A program made the translations under genes and the position numbers. This document shows, in pieces, positions 23,923 to 36,168 of a stretch of DNA of 64,000 nt. The stretch's first letter is position 1. Every line of letters starts with the position of its first letter. The DNA comes from Leidyana gryllorum EB-2025a (lineage: Eukaryota > Protista > Apicomplexa). The DNA lies in assembly GCA_048772705.1 (NCBI GenBank), contig JBLWGC010000230.1:744001-808000 (forward strand). Reading direction: 5' to 3'. Below the pieces are notes generated by a model, which ran no database searches, was not told the origin of the DNA, and worked only from the letters and a program-made list of their open reading frames with translations.

Positions 23923-25907
23923 TCATACAGTTTCGAAGCCATCCTTTTTCATTTCGGGAAATACTTCTTCGCGTAAACTCGGCGGACAGATAGTCGGTAA
24001 CCAGATACGAGCATTAAAATACTCCAATTCCCGAATCCTTTGATCCAGCAGCATGCGACCGAACCACCATTCGTCGGTAGAAAAGAGGCCAACCGGCTCG
24101 AATAGTCCGCCAACAGAAGTTTGAGCCTCGTCCAATGTCGCTCCCAACATCTCCGAATACCATTGGCTGACGAATAGCTTTGGAACTGCAATGGAATGAG
24201 TGGCTGGGGAGAGAACGGACTCCGCTTGAGCACTTTTCTCACGCAGTGGTGGCCATTCCTCGCTGTCGTCAGCAGATTGACCCATCATGACTTTATCGAT
24301 CTGTTCAGCCGAGTACCCTATGTATTTGACCACAGCTCGGAGAGTGGCGTCGGTGTAGAGGCCCGAGACGAGTTCTAATTGGACCCTCGGCCACGGGTAC
24401 TCCAGAAGCGCAGCAGCTCGAAGGCCAAACCGAATACGGAGGCCTTTCCGCCGCCAAATAGAGTGACCAACCAGAAACCAGTCTGTCAATTTTGTAATAC
24501 TCAAAGGTACGCCGGTGACACCGACATAATGGATGTCACATTTCTCCATTAAGCGCCGAATCGCCTCCGGGGAGTCCTCTCGCTTGGTGTGAAGACACAG
24601 CACACGCACACAATCGGGGCGCCAACGTAGCGGGGCTGCGTCTTCAGACAGCGCTGCGACGAGCTCCCAGCCCTGCAGAGGTAATTCGATGCGCTCCAAA
24701 TTTCCAAACGGCAGAGTCCCCATTGACTCTTCCGACAGAGTTGGAGTGCAATCGTTGTTGATATAGAGAAGCCGCGTCACCTCTGACCAGCTCGCTGAGT
24801 GCAGCTGGCCGGTGGCGCTTAAATAGGCTGTGTGATCGGTCACCAACCCAATATATGTTGGAGGGAACACAGCGGGCGGTCCGGTTAGTGGGAGTGCTTT
24901 CCACCTGACAGGGGAGGACTCCAGATCCTGAGTGTGCGCTAACTGGAACCATGTCAGGTTCGCACGCGCCCGCGTAGCCATAACTCCGTTCCTTTGAGTC
25001 TCGTTGACTATCCGTTGAGGATATAGCCATCCCAAACACGACCTCGAATATAGAAAGTTCCGGCACAGCGGATGCATATTGCGTTCTCGATCGGTCCATT
25101 CTCTCTTGAGATAGTCCAACAACCGTTTCGACCCCCTGCGCTATGCATCACTGAAGGCTGCAACATCGCTCACCTCGCGCAAATTGGCCACGTGAATCCG
25201 ATTTCATTGTGCCATTCGATTGAATCGCTGGTCCAATCGCGTGCTATTGGCAAAGATCGCACCAGAGTGGAGGACGTCTTCCAGCCTCCCTCTATCACAG
25301 AAGCGGGAACGTCACCATTTTTGAAAATCCAATACTCAAAATGAGGTTTCGTCACCGAGACAATGAGGTCATTGGGGCCGTCGCCCACAGCCTGATGCAG
25401 AGCCACCGCCATGTCATGCCGAATAAAGGGAAGGTGGTGCCTTCTGACAGCCAGAAACTCCAACATCGGAGCATCGATTTGCAGAGGCCCTCCAGACAGG
25501 ACGGAATGATCTAAGTCCAAATACTTCAGTGTGGGGAAACAGAAAGTATGTGACTGCCACGACCCCCCACTCGGAAATGTCACACTTAAGGTCGCCTTCG
25601 TCAGTTTGGGCACACCCCATTGGCACATCTTCTGCAGTAGATCAACGACGATGCGATCCTTGTCCCTCAGTCCGATCCAGTAGAGCGATTCCAGATGTGG
25701 GCACGATCTGTGCAGCCATTCTTGGAACCAAGAGGCGCGGTATACCCAGGCCCACTGCTTTGAGGTGAGATGCAATTGATGCGAGCCCAACAACGAACTT
25801 TCTGAGTGAAGAACATTGTAGATCTGTTTGGAGATTGCAGCCACTCTTGTCAGCTCCCATAGCGGCAGGAAGCCCAGAATTTGCGCCCAAATGTGGTCAA
25901 TGAGCAT
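23923..25907 (-). CDS. F-box/LRR-like protein copy 3
   Basis: Near-identical to copy 1 (starts MLIDHIW), same intron. Confidence 0.8.
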
Positions 25908-26699
25908 TCTTCAGCACCGAAGACCGCAGGAATTGTCCATGCACACTCGTGTGCTGACTGAGTGAACTTGCGGGGCGATGTCTTCTGGTCATGCCGCACG
26001 GAGTTCCCGCGCATTCTTCCAGCGTGCAGCTCAACCGAAGCACTGCGTTCTATGTCTCCATCGTATAACCCGTCCAAGATCTCGTACTGCTCGGTTTTTG
26101 CACGAAGACTGATGTTCTGCTTCCCGAATGTTTATGAGTTCGTTCGTCAGTTCTTTCCAACATATCAGTGGGCAACGTGACAAGATACATTTGTGTAGGG
26201 ACGATTGCTTGGAGCTGAATAGCAGGGCGGGAGTGTGTGCAGATTTGCCTTCATCCAACAGCAGCAGATTTGATACAACAGGATAGTGCACACGGGCCAG
26301 TATTGAGCAGAGCTCAGCGGAAATTTGTCCTGAGTACGATGGGATGTCGTACTCTCCTAGTTAGGCACTCCAGATACTTTAACAATATGTAAGCCAAACA
26401 TGATGTTCTGTGCAGCACGACACTAAGCAGACGAAACTCTCTAATCGGTATTTCAACCTGACCATATGTGTCCCCTATTCGAATGACTGTGGACTGCACT
26501 TGCAGTGCTCCAAACTGAGTTAGTCCTCGAGGCCGGTCTGCCGAAAGCTTTAGTTGACTCGCTACCTCTGTCGAGATTTGCCAGGTAAGGTTATTCAATT
26601 ATTATATCACTGCCCTAAGAGTTCTGTAACACTTGTTGACGCAGAGTGTAAATTGCTCTCAACCCTCTTCTTTATCAATGTAGGCTCATCTGCACATTC

Positions 26700-27340
26700 A
26701 TGTGTGTTCTGCCCCAAAAAGTCGTTGATCCTGATGGATGTCCGACATCCCCCTCTGCTCGGCTCCATTGGATTTCGGCTCCCTTCGGTCCCCGGATCAC
26801 TGCTTTTGGCACCGGGGTCAGGCTGGAAGTGGAGGCCTCCGCCCCAGAACGCTGAGGCGTGACATTCGCGTTCGATGGGGGAGTTCAGTCACCTCCGTGC
26901 AAAGAGTCCGAACTGTAGTCTTGAGGTTCCAGTGTCCCTCTTGAGGATCACCCGCTGCGCCCGGGGAACTTCGAACGATAGGGTCAACGTTCTCGCATCG
27001 ACTGTTGAACTCAAGCTTCTTAATTGGCCAGTTCTCGTCCGCTAGACCTCGAGCCCCGCCGCCTCTCCCAGCCCCGTGCTGCCCTTACTCACCAATGCAG
27101 CCAAGTGTTGCGTACTGACTTTCATTAAACTTAATTCCGCATCCCGCGGCTCAAATATGACCTCAGAGACACCCAGCCGGCAGCTTCTCCAAGTACGAAG
27201 CTGGATGGGGAGGCACCGTTGATCAGTGCCAGTGAGATTGCACTCAGAATTGTTGTCACCTCAACGAGATTCTGACGCTCAAAGCTCCGTATCGGTGTCA
27301 AATTCTCATCCCAGTCACATCGGGTTAACAACACATGAAG
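26700..27340 (-). pseudogene. Decayed paralog of the partner gene
   Basis: Matches 16270-16430 at nucleotide level; TVRTLCTEVTEL..SNANV relic of the coiled-coil repeat, with frameshifts and stops. Confidence 0.55.
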
Positions 27341-27381
27341 CCAAACACCACATCATCAATGTCGCTATCATCAATACACTC

Positions 27382-29365
27382 TCATACAGTCTCGAAGCCA
27401 TCCTTTTCCACTTCGGGAAATACTTCTTCGCGTAAACTTGGAGGACAGACAGTCGGTAACCAAATAGGAGCATTCAAATACTCCAGTTCTCGAATCCTTT
27501 GATCCATCAGCATGCGACCGAACCACCATTCGTCGGTAGAAAAGAGGCCAATGGGCTCAATAGTCCGCCAACAGAAGTTTGAGCCTCGTCCAATGTCGCT
27601 CCCAACATCTCCGAATACCATCTACTGACGAATACCTTTGGAACTGCAATGGAATGAGTGTTTGGGGAGAGAATGGACTCCGCTTGAGCACTCTTCTCAC
27701 GCAGTGGTGGCCACTCTTCGCTGTCGTCAGCAGATTGACCCATCATGACTTTATCGATCTGTTCAGCCGAGTACCCTATGTATTTGACCACAGCTCGGAG
27801 AGTGGCGTCCGTGTAGAGGCCCGAAACGAGTTCTAATTGGACCTTCGGCCACGGGTACTCCAGAAGCGCTGCAGCTCGAAGGCCAAACCGAATACGGAGG
27901 CCTTTCCGCCGCCAAATAGAGTGACCAACCAGAAACCAGTCTGTCAATTTTGTGATACTCAGAGGTACTCCGGTGACACCGACATAATGGATATCACATT
28001 TCTCCATTGAGCGCCGAATCGCCTCCGGTGAGTCCTCTCGCGTGGTGTGAAGACACAGCACACGCACACAATCGGGACGCCAACGTAGCGGGGCTGCGTC
28101 TTCAGACAGCGCTGCGACGAGCTCCCAGCCCTGCAGAGGTAATTCGATGCGCTCCAAATTTCCAAACGGCAGAGTCCCCATTGACTCTTCCGACAGAGTT
28201 GGAGTGCAATCGTTGTTGATATAGAGAAGCCGCGTCACCTCTGACCAGCTCGCTGAGTGCAGCTGGCCGGTGGCGCTTAAATAGGCTGTGTGATCGGTCA
28301 CCAACCCAATGTATGTTGGAGGGAACACAGCGGGCGGTCCGGTTAGTGGGAGTGCTTTCCACCTGACAGGGGGGGACTCCGGATCCTGAGTCCGCGCTAA
28401 CTGGAACCATGTCAGGTTCGCACGCGCCCGCGTAGCCACAACTCCGTTCCTTTGAGTCTCGTTGACTATCCGTTGGGGAAATAGACTTCCCAAACACGAC
28501 CTCGAATATAGAAAGTTCCGGCACAGCGGATGCAGATTGCGCTCTCGATCGGTCCATTCTCTCTTGAGATAGTCCAACAACCGTTTCGACCCCCTGCGCT
28601 ATGCATCATTGAAGGCTGCAACATTGCTCACCTCGCGCAAATTGGCCACGTGAATCCGATCTCATTGTGCCATTCGATTGAATCGCTGGTCCAATCGCGT
28701 GCTATTGGCAAAGATTCCGCCAGAGTGGAGGACGTCTTCCAGCCTCCCTCTATCACAGAAGCGGGAAGGTCATGAATTTTGAAAATCCAATATTTAAATT
28801 GGGGTTTCATCACCGAGACAATGAGGTCATTGGGGCCGTCGCCCACAGCCTGATGCAGAGCCACCGCCATATCATGGCGAATAAAGGGAAGGTGGTGCCT
28901 TCTGACAGCCAGAAACTCCAACATCGGAGCATCAATTTGCAGAGGCCCTCCAGACAGGACGGAATAATTTAAGTCCAAATACTTCAGTGTGGGGAAAGTG
29001 AAAGTATATGACTGCCACGGCCCCCCACTCGGAAAAGTCACGCCTATGGTAGCCGTCGTCAGTTTGGGCACACCCCATTGGCACATCTTCTGCAGTAGAT
29101 CAACAACGATGCGATCCTTGTCACTCAGTCCGATCCAATAGAGCGATTCCAGATGTGGGCACGATCTGTGCAGCCACTCTTGGAACCAAGAGGCGCGGTG
29201 TACCCAGGCCCACTGCCTTGAGGTGAGATGCAATTGATGCGAGCCTAACAACGAACTTTCTGAGTGAAGAACATTGTAGATCTGCTTGGAGATTGCAGCC
29301 ACTCTTGTCAGCTCCCATAGCGGCAGGAAGCCCAGAATTTGCGCCCAAATGTGGTCACAGAGCAT
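27382..29365 (-). pseudogene. F-box/LRR-like protein copy 4 with a 1-nt frameshift near the C-terminus (pseudogene or sequencing error)
   Basis: + strand reads gctcaatagt at ~27558 versus ctcaaatagt/ctcgaatagt in copies 1-3; the C-terminal ~60 aa are in another frame. Confidence 0.7.
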
Positions 29366-29999
29366 TCTTCAGCACTGAAATCCGCAGGAATTGTCCGCGC
29401 ACACTCGTGTGCTGACTGAGTGAACTTGCGGGCCGATGTCTTCTGGTCATGCCGCACAGAGTTCCCGCGTATTGTTCCAGTGTGCAGCTCAAACGAAGCA
29501 TCGCGTTCCATGTCTCCCTAGTGGAACCCGTCCAAATTATCGTACTCATCGGTTTCAGCACGATAAGTGACGGGCTGCTCAAAGATATAGTGACTCAATA
29601 TCAGTGAAAGCATGATAGTTTTGTGATTTGCTGAGGCACATTCGAGTAGCGAAATCAGCTGAGGAGCCATAAGGGTCCCTTTTCAGCATTGTTCCTCACC
29701 TTTGGTAGCACGTCTTGTCCATCAATGAATTGCAACTGGTGGCGGGTTCAGCTCATGGAAGACCAACGAAGCCGAGAAGACTTTTCTGATGCATCACGAT
29801 TTCGTACTCTGTCAATTGCGCCGTCCATGGCACCGAACTCCGTTGCTTCGCCTCAGATACGGATCTTCAGTGATTATATAAGTGCGCTCGGAGTTCTCGG
29901 TCGCGGGTAGTGATGGCACCAGTTAAAACTCAACGAGGTGGACTGTACATTACTCTCACTTCTGGTTGGCCTGCGTTTCTTGCTCACATTCTGCTTGTG

Positions 30000-30300
30000 T
30001 CATTGATTGACCTTCAGGGTAAAAAGTTGTTCTGGTGGTGATGGATCGGCGTCAGCTCCCTCTTGACCTCTTCGCAGTCCCCACATTAGCGCTCGCGGAA
30101 TCGACCACCTCTTCGCTGAGCCACTCCGTCTCCGGCCGCAGATCGGAAATTCGGAAATGACAGTCACGCGTTGCGGGTTGGATATTTGAAGGCTAGGTAC
30201 TGCCGCGTGACAAGTTCCGAGGACAGCTGCTGCACCAAGATTGAAATTCAATCCACTGGACGGGGAGTGTCTCGGGACAACTCACGACTGCAAAAGCTCA
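30000..30300 (-). pseudogene. Highly diverged partner-gene relic closing the array
   Basis: VPSLQISNPQRVTV resembles VTDLQVSNAKVGTV; follows a spacer block homologous to 19170-19280. Confidence 0.4.
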
Positions 30301-30643
30301 GTCGAAGGCATCTGTGTCAATTTAGGAGTGCGAAAGAAGGGGTGATTGGATGCGACGCCACGCCACGCCAGGCGGATTGCCTCGGCCTTGAGCTTCATTC
30401 ATCATGCAACGTTGTGGTGCGTACGGTTGTTCAGACCCGGAGAGTTGGGTCGAGATCAACACATATCGGTCGACATCGTGGACTCGGTGTGTAGCGGCCG
30501 AAGTGCTCTAGGCAGAGAAAATGCTTACCTCTGAGCGGTAAAAACTTGAAACTCCCGGTTGAGGAATGGCTTTTTGCTCTGCAATGACCATATCCAACTT
30601 TGAGGGTGAGTGAAGTGATAATTGAATGTTTGTGGCACATAAA

Positions 30644-31721
30644 TCATTCCAACTTGGCAAAAGCGGGCATGATCGCCTTGGCATAAGGCTTGATGGGTCC
30701 GGTTTCACTACGTTCGCTGCGTTTGCCTTGCGTTTTAACCCGTAGTTCGTGCTGGCGTTTGTGGGAAAGCCCGAGATTGCGTCTGACTTGAGCCCGCATG
30801 GCGGTGGGTGAGAGGTAATATCCATTTTTCCATAGCGTCTTGCCTCCGAAAGATTGATCAAAGATTCTGATGGGGTCGAGGACTAGTCTGGGGCCGACCT
30901 CCACGAGGGTTTGTTTGTCAATGGTTGAGACGAATTTATCGCTGAAGATTTGATAATGTCTGAACCAAATCTTGTTGTCTGCCCAGAAGAAGGACATGAC
31001 GTGATCGTGGAAGGGTTTGGCTTTGGGATGGCAGCGAGGGGTGCCCCAGCTTTGGATGAACATCTCTTTGAGAAGCCGAAGGGGAGCAAACTCGTGGAAG
31101 TGAGAGTCAAAGAGGAGCAGCGGTCGGCTGTACATAATGTGGTTCCCCCGAAAGTTCATCTCTCCCATTGTATGGACTGAAAGGAGGGGAGCATTGATTG
31201 TAGGGCGGCTCGCAGATTGAACTCACTGTTCAGAACTTGAAATTTGACAGAAGGCCCCTCTGGAGCTTTCGCCATCCACAGGTACAAATCAGTTCCCTTC
31301 TTCGCCTCAAAGTAAAGGACGTTATTACAGCTGCGCAGCGAAAGACGCGGAAATGAATTGAGGATCGTTGAGAGGAACTGACTCACTTGGCTAATTCGGC
31401 CATTTCATTGATCTCATCTAACGACTGACTCTTCTCCCATTTGGCTTCAGTTTTGTGATGAGGCAGCATTTTCTTGAAGTCCTCCAATAGGTGACGATGG
31501 GCCGCATTAATACCTCGACTCGCAAAGACGAGAGTTCGTTGTTTATTGGTCCAACGTGTTGCCGGATGCCCAGCTTCATACTCCTTATCATTCAGGAGAT
31601 ATGGATCCGCTAACGTTGGGTCCTCCTCGTCCTCTGCCATAGTCTCCTCCACCACTTTTTCAGCCTCCTTCTCCTCCGCTACTGCGCCACCAGTCTTCTT
31701 CGCTTTGGTACCCTTCCCCAT
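30644..31721 (-). CDS. BRX1: Ribosome biogenesis Brix-domain protein, 3 exons
   Basis: WTNKQRTLVFASRGI..RHLLED...LPHHK, LYFEAKK.DLYLW..GPSVKF, SRPLLLFD, KPFHDHV, IWFRHYQI, LVEVGPRLVLDPIRIF..SFGG. Confidence 0.95.
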
Positions 31722-31739
31722 TGTCAAAAAAAAAGACTA

Positions 31740-32411
31740 ATGATACCGCCCAGCATTAGAAGTACTGAGGAATATCTCAGTGTCGTTTCGGGCCTCCTCA
31801 CCCGCCAACTCGCACTTATGCTCGATTTGGATCGGAGAGCCACCGAGATAGGTGTCGAACTTGAACGAATTAGACAGCCCTACCTGAACCGTCTCCAAAG
31901 CCATTTGGGCCCAGCTGAGGAACCAACCTCGCCGGGAAGCGAGGCATCAGGACGAGCACCCCGGCGACGTCGCAAAAGAACAGCTCCCAGCGATCCGTAT
32001 GCTGATGAGCAAAATGATACCGAATTACAACATATTCTCGCTTTGCAGCGAACCCAATGCCAATTATTCAAAGAAAAGGTTCTCGTCGGCAAACAGTGCC
32101 TCTCAATGATTGAACATGTGCGAACCACTGTCGGCGATACCGCGCACGAAGTTACTCGCACACTGCAGGCCAGCAACGCCCTCAACGCAAGTTTGGTGCC
32201 CTCTACGGCCGCGGGTCCCTCCCGAGCCTCCGTACGACCGGCTGCATTGGCGGCTTCCCAAGCCCTACATCAACATTTGTGCTCTCCGGAGAATGGAGAC
32301 CCCGGAATGCCCTCCAGATCGACCTCATTCGGCCCAATGGATGCCCCCTCAAGCGGTGTCAGCCGCACGAAAAAGCGCAAAGCGCGATCAGTAATTGAAC
32401 GAAGCGCTTGA
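31740..32411 (+). CDS. ING-family N-terminal helical domain protein without a PHD finger
   Basis: EEYL...LTRQLALMLDLD...QLFKEKVLVGKQCLSMIE resembles ING-N; basic NLS-like runs; no Cys/His finger. Confidence 0.6.
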   Translation: MIPPSIRSTEEYLSVVSGLLTRQLALMLDLDRRATEIGVELERIRQPYLNRLQSHLGPAEEPTSPGSEASGRAPRRRRKRTAPSDPYADEQNDTELQHILALQRTQCQLFKEKVLVGKQCLSMIEHVRTTVGDTAHEVTRTLQASNALNASLVPSTAAGPSRASVRPAALAASQALHQHLCSPENGDPGMPSRSTSFGPMDAPSSGVSRTKKRKARSVIERSA

Positions 32412-32519
32412 ACAGAGCGTAGCAGTTAATTAGAGTTATTGAAGGAGAAGAGCTATTCGGTCAGTCAGTCAGTATCAGCAATGTTGTTGTAGCCGCGACA
32501 AAGAGCCATTTATTGACTA

Positions 32520-33604
32520 CTAATCGGCAAAGGCACCTTCCTTGTTGTCGACTGCCTGCTCCCTCTCGATCTCGGCTTCCATGCCCGAAGTCTGTGCCTC
32601 AAAATTGGCGTCCAACGGGGTCGCGCTGTCTCTGCGGTAGAGGACGGCACCTGCCACGCCCATTACCACCAGAGCGGCACCAGCGGCAGCCATGCCGATG
32701 GTCATCCCGCCCACCCCCGAATCGTCCTCACCGGTGGGAGGTGCTGTGGTGGTGGACTGAGTGGTCGACGTTCCTGTGGTGGTGGGAACCCCTGGCGCCT
32801 GGGTAGTGGAAGAAGACAGCACTCCTGGACCCCCAGTCGAGGTGAAGGTACCGCCGCCGGGTCCCTCGGGGGTCTCGCTACTGTCGACCCATTTGCACAC
32901 GTCCATGGGTTCTGAGGAGAAGTGTGCGGAAAAGGAAGAGTCTTACCGCATCCTTTCCATCCAGTGATGTGATTGTCAGACCGCCATACACATCGGACTG
33001 CTTCATCCACACAGGGACGGCACTCGTAAAAGTTGTTGGGGCACACTTGGGGCATCTCGGAATTGCACCAGGCGGTATTGATCGTGGCTCCAGTGTCGGT
33101 GGACTGGAACATGGCTTCCTGTAACTGAGTGACACTCTTGAGAAAACACTGCTTGTAGGCAGGTCGTGTCTCGCTGACCCATGCCCAATTGACGCAGGTA
33201 GAGTCTTCTTGACATGCGGTTTGACACAATGCTGGGGTCTCAACTTCGAAAATAACTTTGTTGTACGCGGCTTCGCCGCTGGGATCACTGTAGCCGAAGA
33301 TCCAGTTGGAGAAACAATCATTGTCTGGACGAACGCCCTGAGAGTGAGGGACATAATGCTCGAAACGGCAGTTTCTGGCAAAGTCGCTATCGGCTTCAAC
33401 TTGAGATTGTGACTTCCCCGAGCCTCGAAGTGATTCACATAATTCCATACACTTCCAGTTCGTGCTGGCTGGGTAGTTGAATGCAATCACTCGGGAGCAC
33501 TCGCTGTGAGCGATGCTCGGGAGAGGTGGAGGCGGGCTCACCGCGGCCGACCCTTGGCCCGACACTGTGGCAACACTTAATAACAGTGCACAGAAGATCT
33601 TCAT
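32520..33604 (-). CDS. Adhesin 1: signal peptide, PAN variant, Thr/Pro stalk, TM, acidic tail
   Basis: TPALCQTACQEDSTCVNW..CFLKS..ITGWKGC; intron 32912-32946; tail DANF...GAFAD. Confidence 0.85.
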
Positions 33605-33685
33605 GTTTAATGTCATATACGAGCTTGGCCATGCACGAGCTTGGCACTACACACACTTCGTTCCTTTATTACGCATGTAACATGA

Positions 33686-34826
33686 TCATCCAGCAAAATC
33701 TTCCTCTGCATTCTGACCGTACAGCTCTTGCTGATTGGTGGTGCCGGGAGCGCCGGGATCTTCAGTGAACTCGGCTTCGATTGGACGCGGGGGACCGCTC
33801 AGCGCATTGTATGCCAAGGCCGCCGCGCCCATCACTACCAAAGCGCCAGCAGCCGCGGTACCAATGTACACGGGTGTGTTATCTACAGAGTTTTCTGTGT
33901 GTAACAAACGAAATCTTTCTCTCACCTTTGGAGCCTTTGGTAGTGGTGACGCGTTGCGTCGTGGTACTGGTGGTAGTATCCGTGGTGCCAGGGAGACCCA
34001 CAACTGTGGTGGTCGACGGGTTGACAACTGGCAGAGTACTGGTTCCAGCGGTGGTGGCAACAGTAGGTCTGGGCGTGGGAGGTCGGGTGGTTGTGGGTTC
34101 CGTGGTGGGCAGAATATCTCCACCAGGTCCTCCTGGCACTTCAACACTACCAACCCAATCGCAAACGTTAAGTGCGACGCACCCCTTCCAGCCTGCGATA
34201 TGCAGATCTGATCTCCAGACGCATCTAAACTCGTCGTCAATGCAGGGACGGCATTCGTAATGGAAGTTGGGGCAAACTCCGTCCATAACCGAGTTACACC
34301 ACTCAAAGTCAATCTTGGCACCTTCACCGGTGTACTGATTCATAGCGTACCGCATCTGCTCTTCGGACTTGAGGAAGCACATATGTTTGTTCTCTCCCTT
34401 GAACTCTGTCACCCACACCCAGTTGGCACACATGACGTCCTCTTGACAAGCCATCTGGCAGAGGGCCGGGGAGTCAGATCGGAAGATCACCCGGTTGTAC
34501 GCTCCGTAGGCACTGGGATCACTGTACCCGAAGATCCAGTTCGAATAGCATTTCCCATCAGGACGAGCTTGGCCTCCGTTCACCATGTTGACGGTGTAAT
34601 GCTCGAAGTGGCACTGAGTGCCAAAACGGCTGTCAGCTGCAATCTGGGGTTGAGACATCCCACTGTTCGCCAAGCTTTGACATAGCTCCATACACTCGCG
34701 ATTGGTGCTCTCAGGGAAGTTTGACGCCATGGAGGTCTTGCAGAAGGCCGTACTGATTGCCGGCCATACCGGCTCTTGCGCAACAGCGACACCCAAAACT
34801 GCGGAAACTGTAACCAACTTGTGCAT
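33686..34826 (-). CDS. Adhesin 2: PAN variant with mucin stalk
   Basis: MHKLVTVSAVLG signal peptide; SPALCQMACQEDVMC; intron ending ~33925; tail IEAEF...EEDFAG. Confidence 0.85.
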
Positions 34827-34926
34827 GGCGAACCTTAATGTGCTACACGTGCAGTTCATTATGCTTGCAATCACATATCATATCGCAACAATATCTTCTC
34901 CATCAGCACATGTCTCAAATTCCTCC

Positions 34927-36163
34927 TCATTCGTAATTGGGATTACCCCCGTAATCGTCAGTGTCATCAAACTCGGCATCAATAGATGTGGGATCAGCTG
35001 TCGCCCGCTTAACTAACATTGCGATCCCACCGAGAGCGGCCGCTCCACCGCCTGCAGCCGCCAATGCTACAACCAATGGTCCATTATCAACAGGCTCCTT
35101 GGTACCGGCGGGGGGCAGTTCTCCCTCAGAACTGCTGCCGCCTCCAGAAGGCTGAGTTGCATCAGTGACCTCCGGCCACGTCGTAGACACTGTGCTGGAA
35201 CTGCTCGATCCACCAACGCTTGTAGACGAAGATGACTCGGTCGGAGCCTCAGTGGGGGCCTCAGTGGGGGCCTCAGTGGGAGCCTCAGTGGGAGCCTCAG
35301 TGGGAGCCTCAGTGGGAGCTTCGGTGGGAGCCTCAGTGGGGGCCTCAGTAGTAGTTGTGGTGGTGGCTTTGGTGGTGGTGGTAGTAGCCTGAGTGGGGGG
35401 CCTGGTGGTGGTGGTGGTGGTCAATATTCCGGCTCCCGGGCCGTCGGGTTCCTCGGAACTACCGACAGTGGAGCACATATCCATTGCCTCTGGAGGGAAA
35501 TTGACATTGGGAATGGGCACATGACTTACGACATCCTTTCCATCCGGACAAGTGAATGTAACTCATCCAGACGCATCTCTTTTTCTTGTCCACACACGGA
35601 CTGCAGCGGTATCCGGCATTGCAGACGACAGACATTTGGGGACTGCACCAAGTTCCGGTGACCGATGATCCAGACTCCGTCGACTGGTTGATAGCCCCGA
35701 CGAGTTGGGCCTCGGATTTGAGGAAGCAGTCGAAAGCCGTCTCGTCCTTCATGTGGGTTACCCACGTCCAGTTAGCGCACTCGGGATCCTCCTGGCAGGC
35801 CAACTGACAGAGGGCAGGCGTACTTGCCTTGAACACTACTCCATTGTAAGCGCCCGCTGTTCCCGGGTCACTGTACCCGAAGATCCAATTTGAGAAACAC
35901 TCGCCATCTGGTCTTGCGCTCCCCGTCGTTCCGGTGGTCGGCGTGTAGTGCTCGAACCGGCAGTTAGCCGCGAACTTGGAATTTGCGGCTACAGTGGCTT
36001 CCGATCCTCCGATGTCATCACAGTCGCTCATACATTGTCTGTTGGTGTAGTTGGGGAAGTCGAAGGCTACCGCCTTGGCGCAGAATGAGTTTCTGGGAGA
36101 GGGCAGACTGGGTGCCGCGAGAAGGCCTCCCGCGAACAATGCGATCAATTCCCAGCGAAACAT
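34927..36163 (-). CDS. Adhesin 3: PAN variant with EAPT-repeat stalk
   Basis: MFRWELIALFAGG signal peptide; intron after GWKGC, same position as adhesin 1; tail IDAEF. Confidence 0.85.
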
Positions 36164-36168
36164 GACCT

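Larger units (their letters stand above)
15700..30550 (-). repeat. Tandem array of a ~3.5-3.7 kb two-gene cassette (4 F-box copies; about 5 partner-gene copies or relics)
   Basis: Homologous ORF ends at 17696, 21392, 25122 and 28580 give periods of 3696, 3730 and 3458 nt; spacer blocks shared (16270-16430 with 27160-27340; 19170-19280 with 22870-22980 and 29850-29960). Confidence 0.95.

Noticed and set aside
15700-30550. Array as a transposon or LTR element
   Set aside because: No transposase, RT or integrase motifs, TIRs or target-site duplications seen; intron-containing tandem duplication fits better
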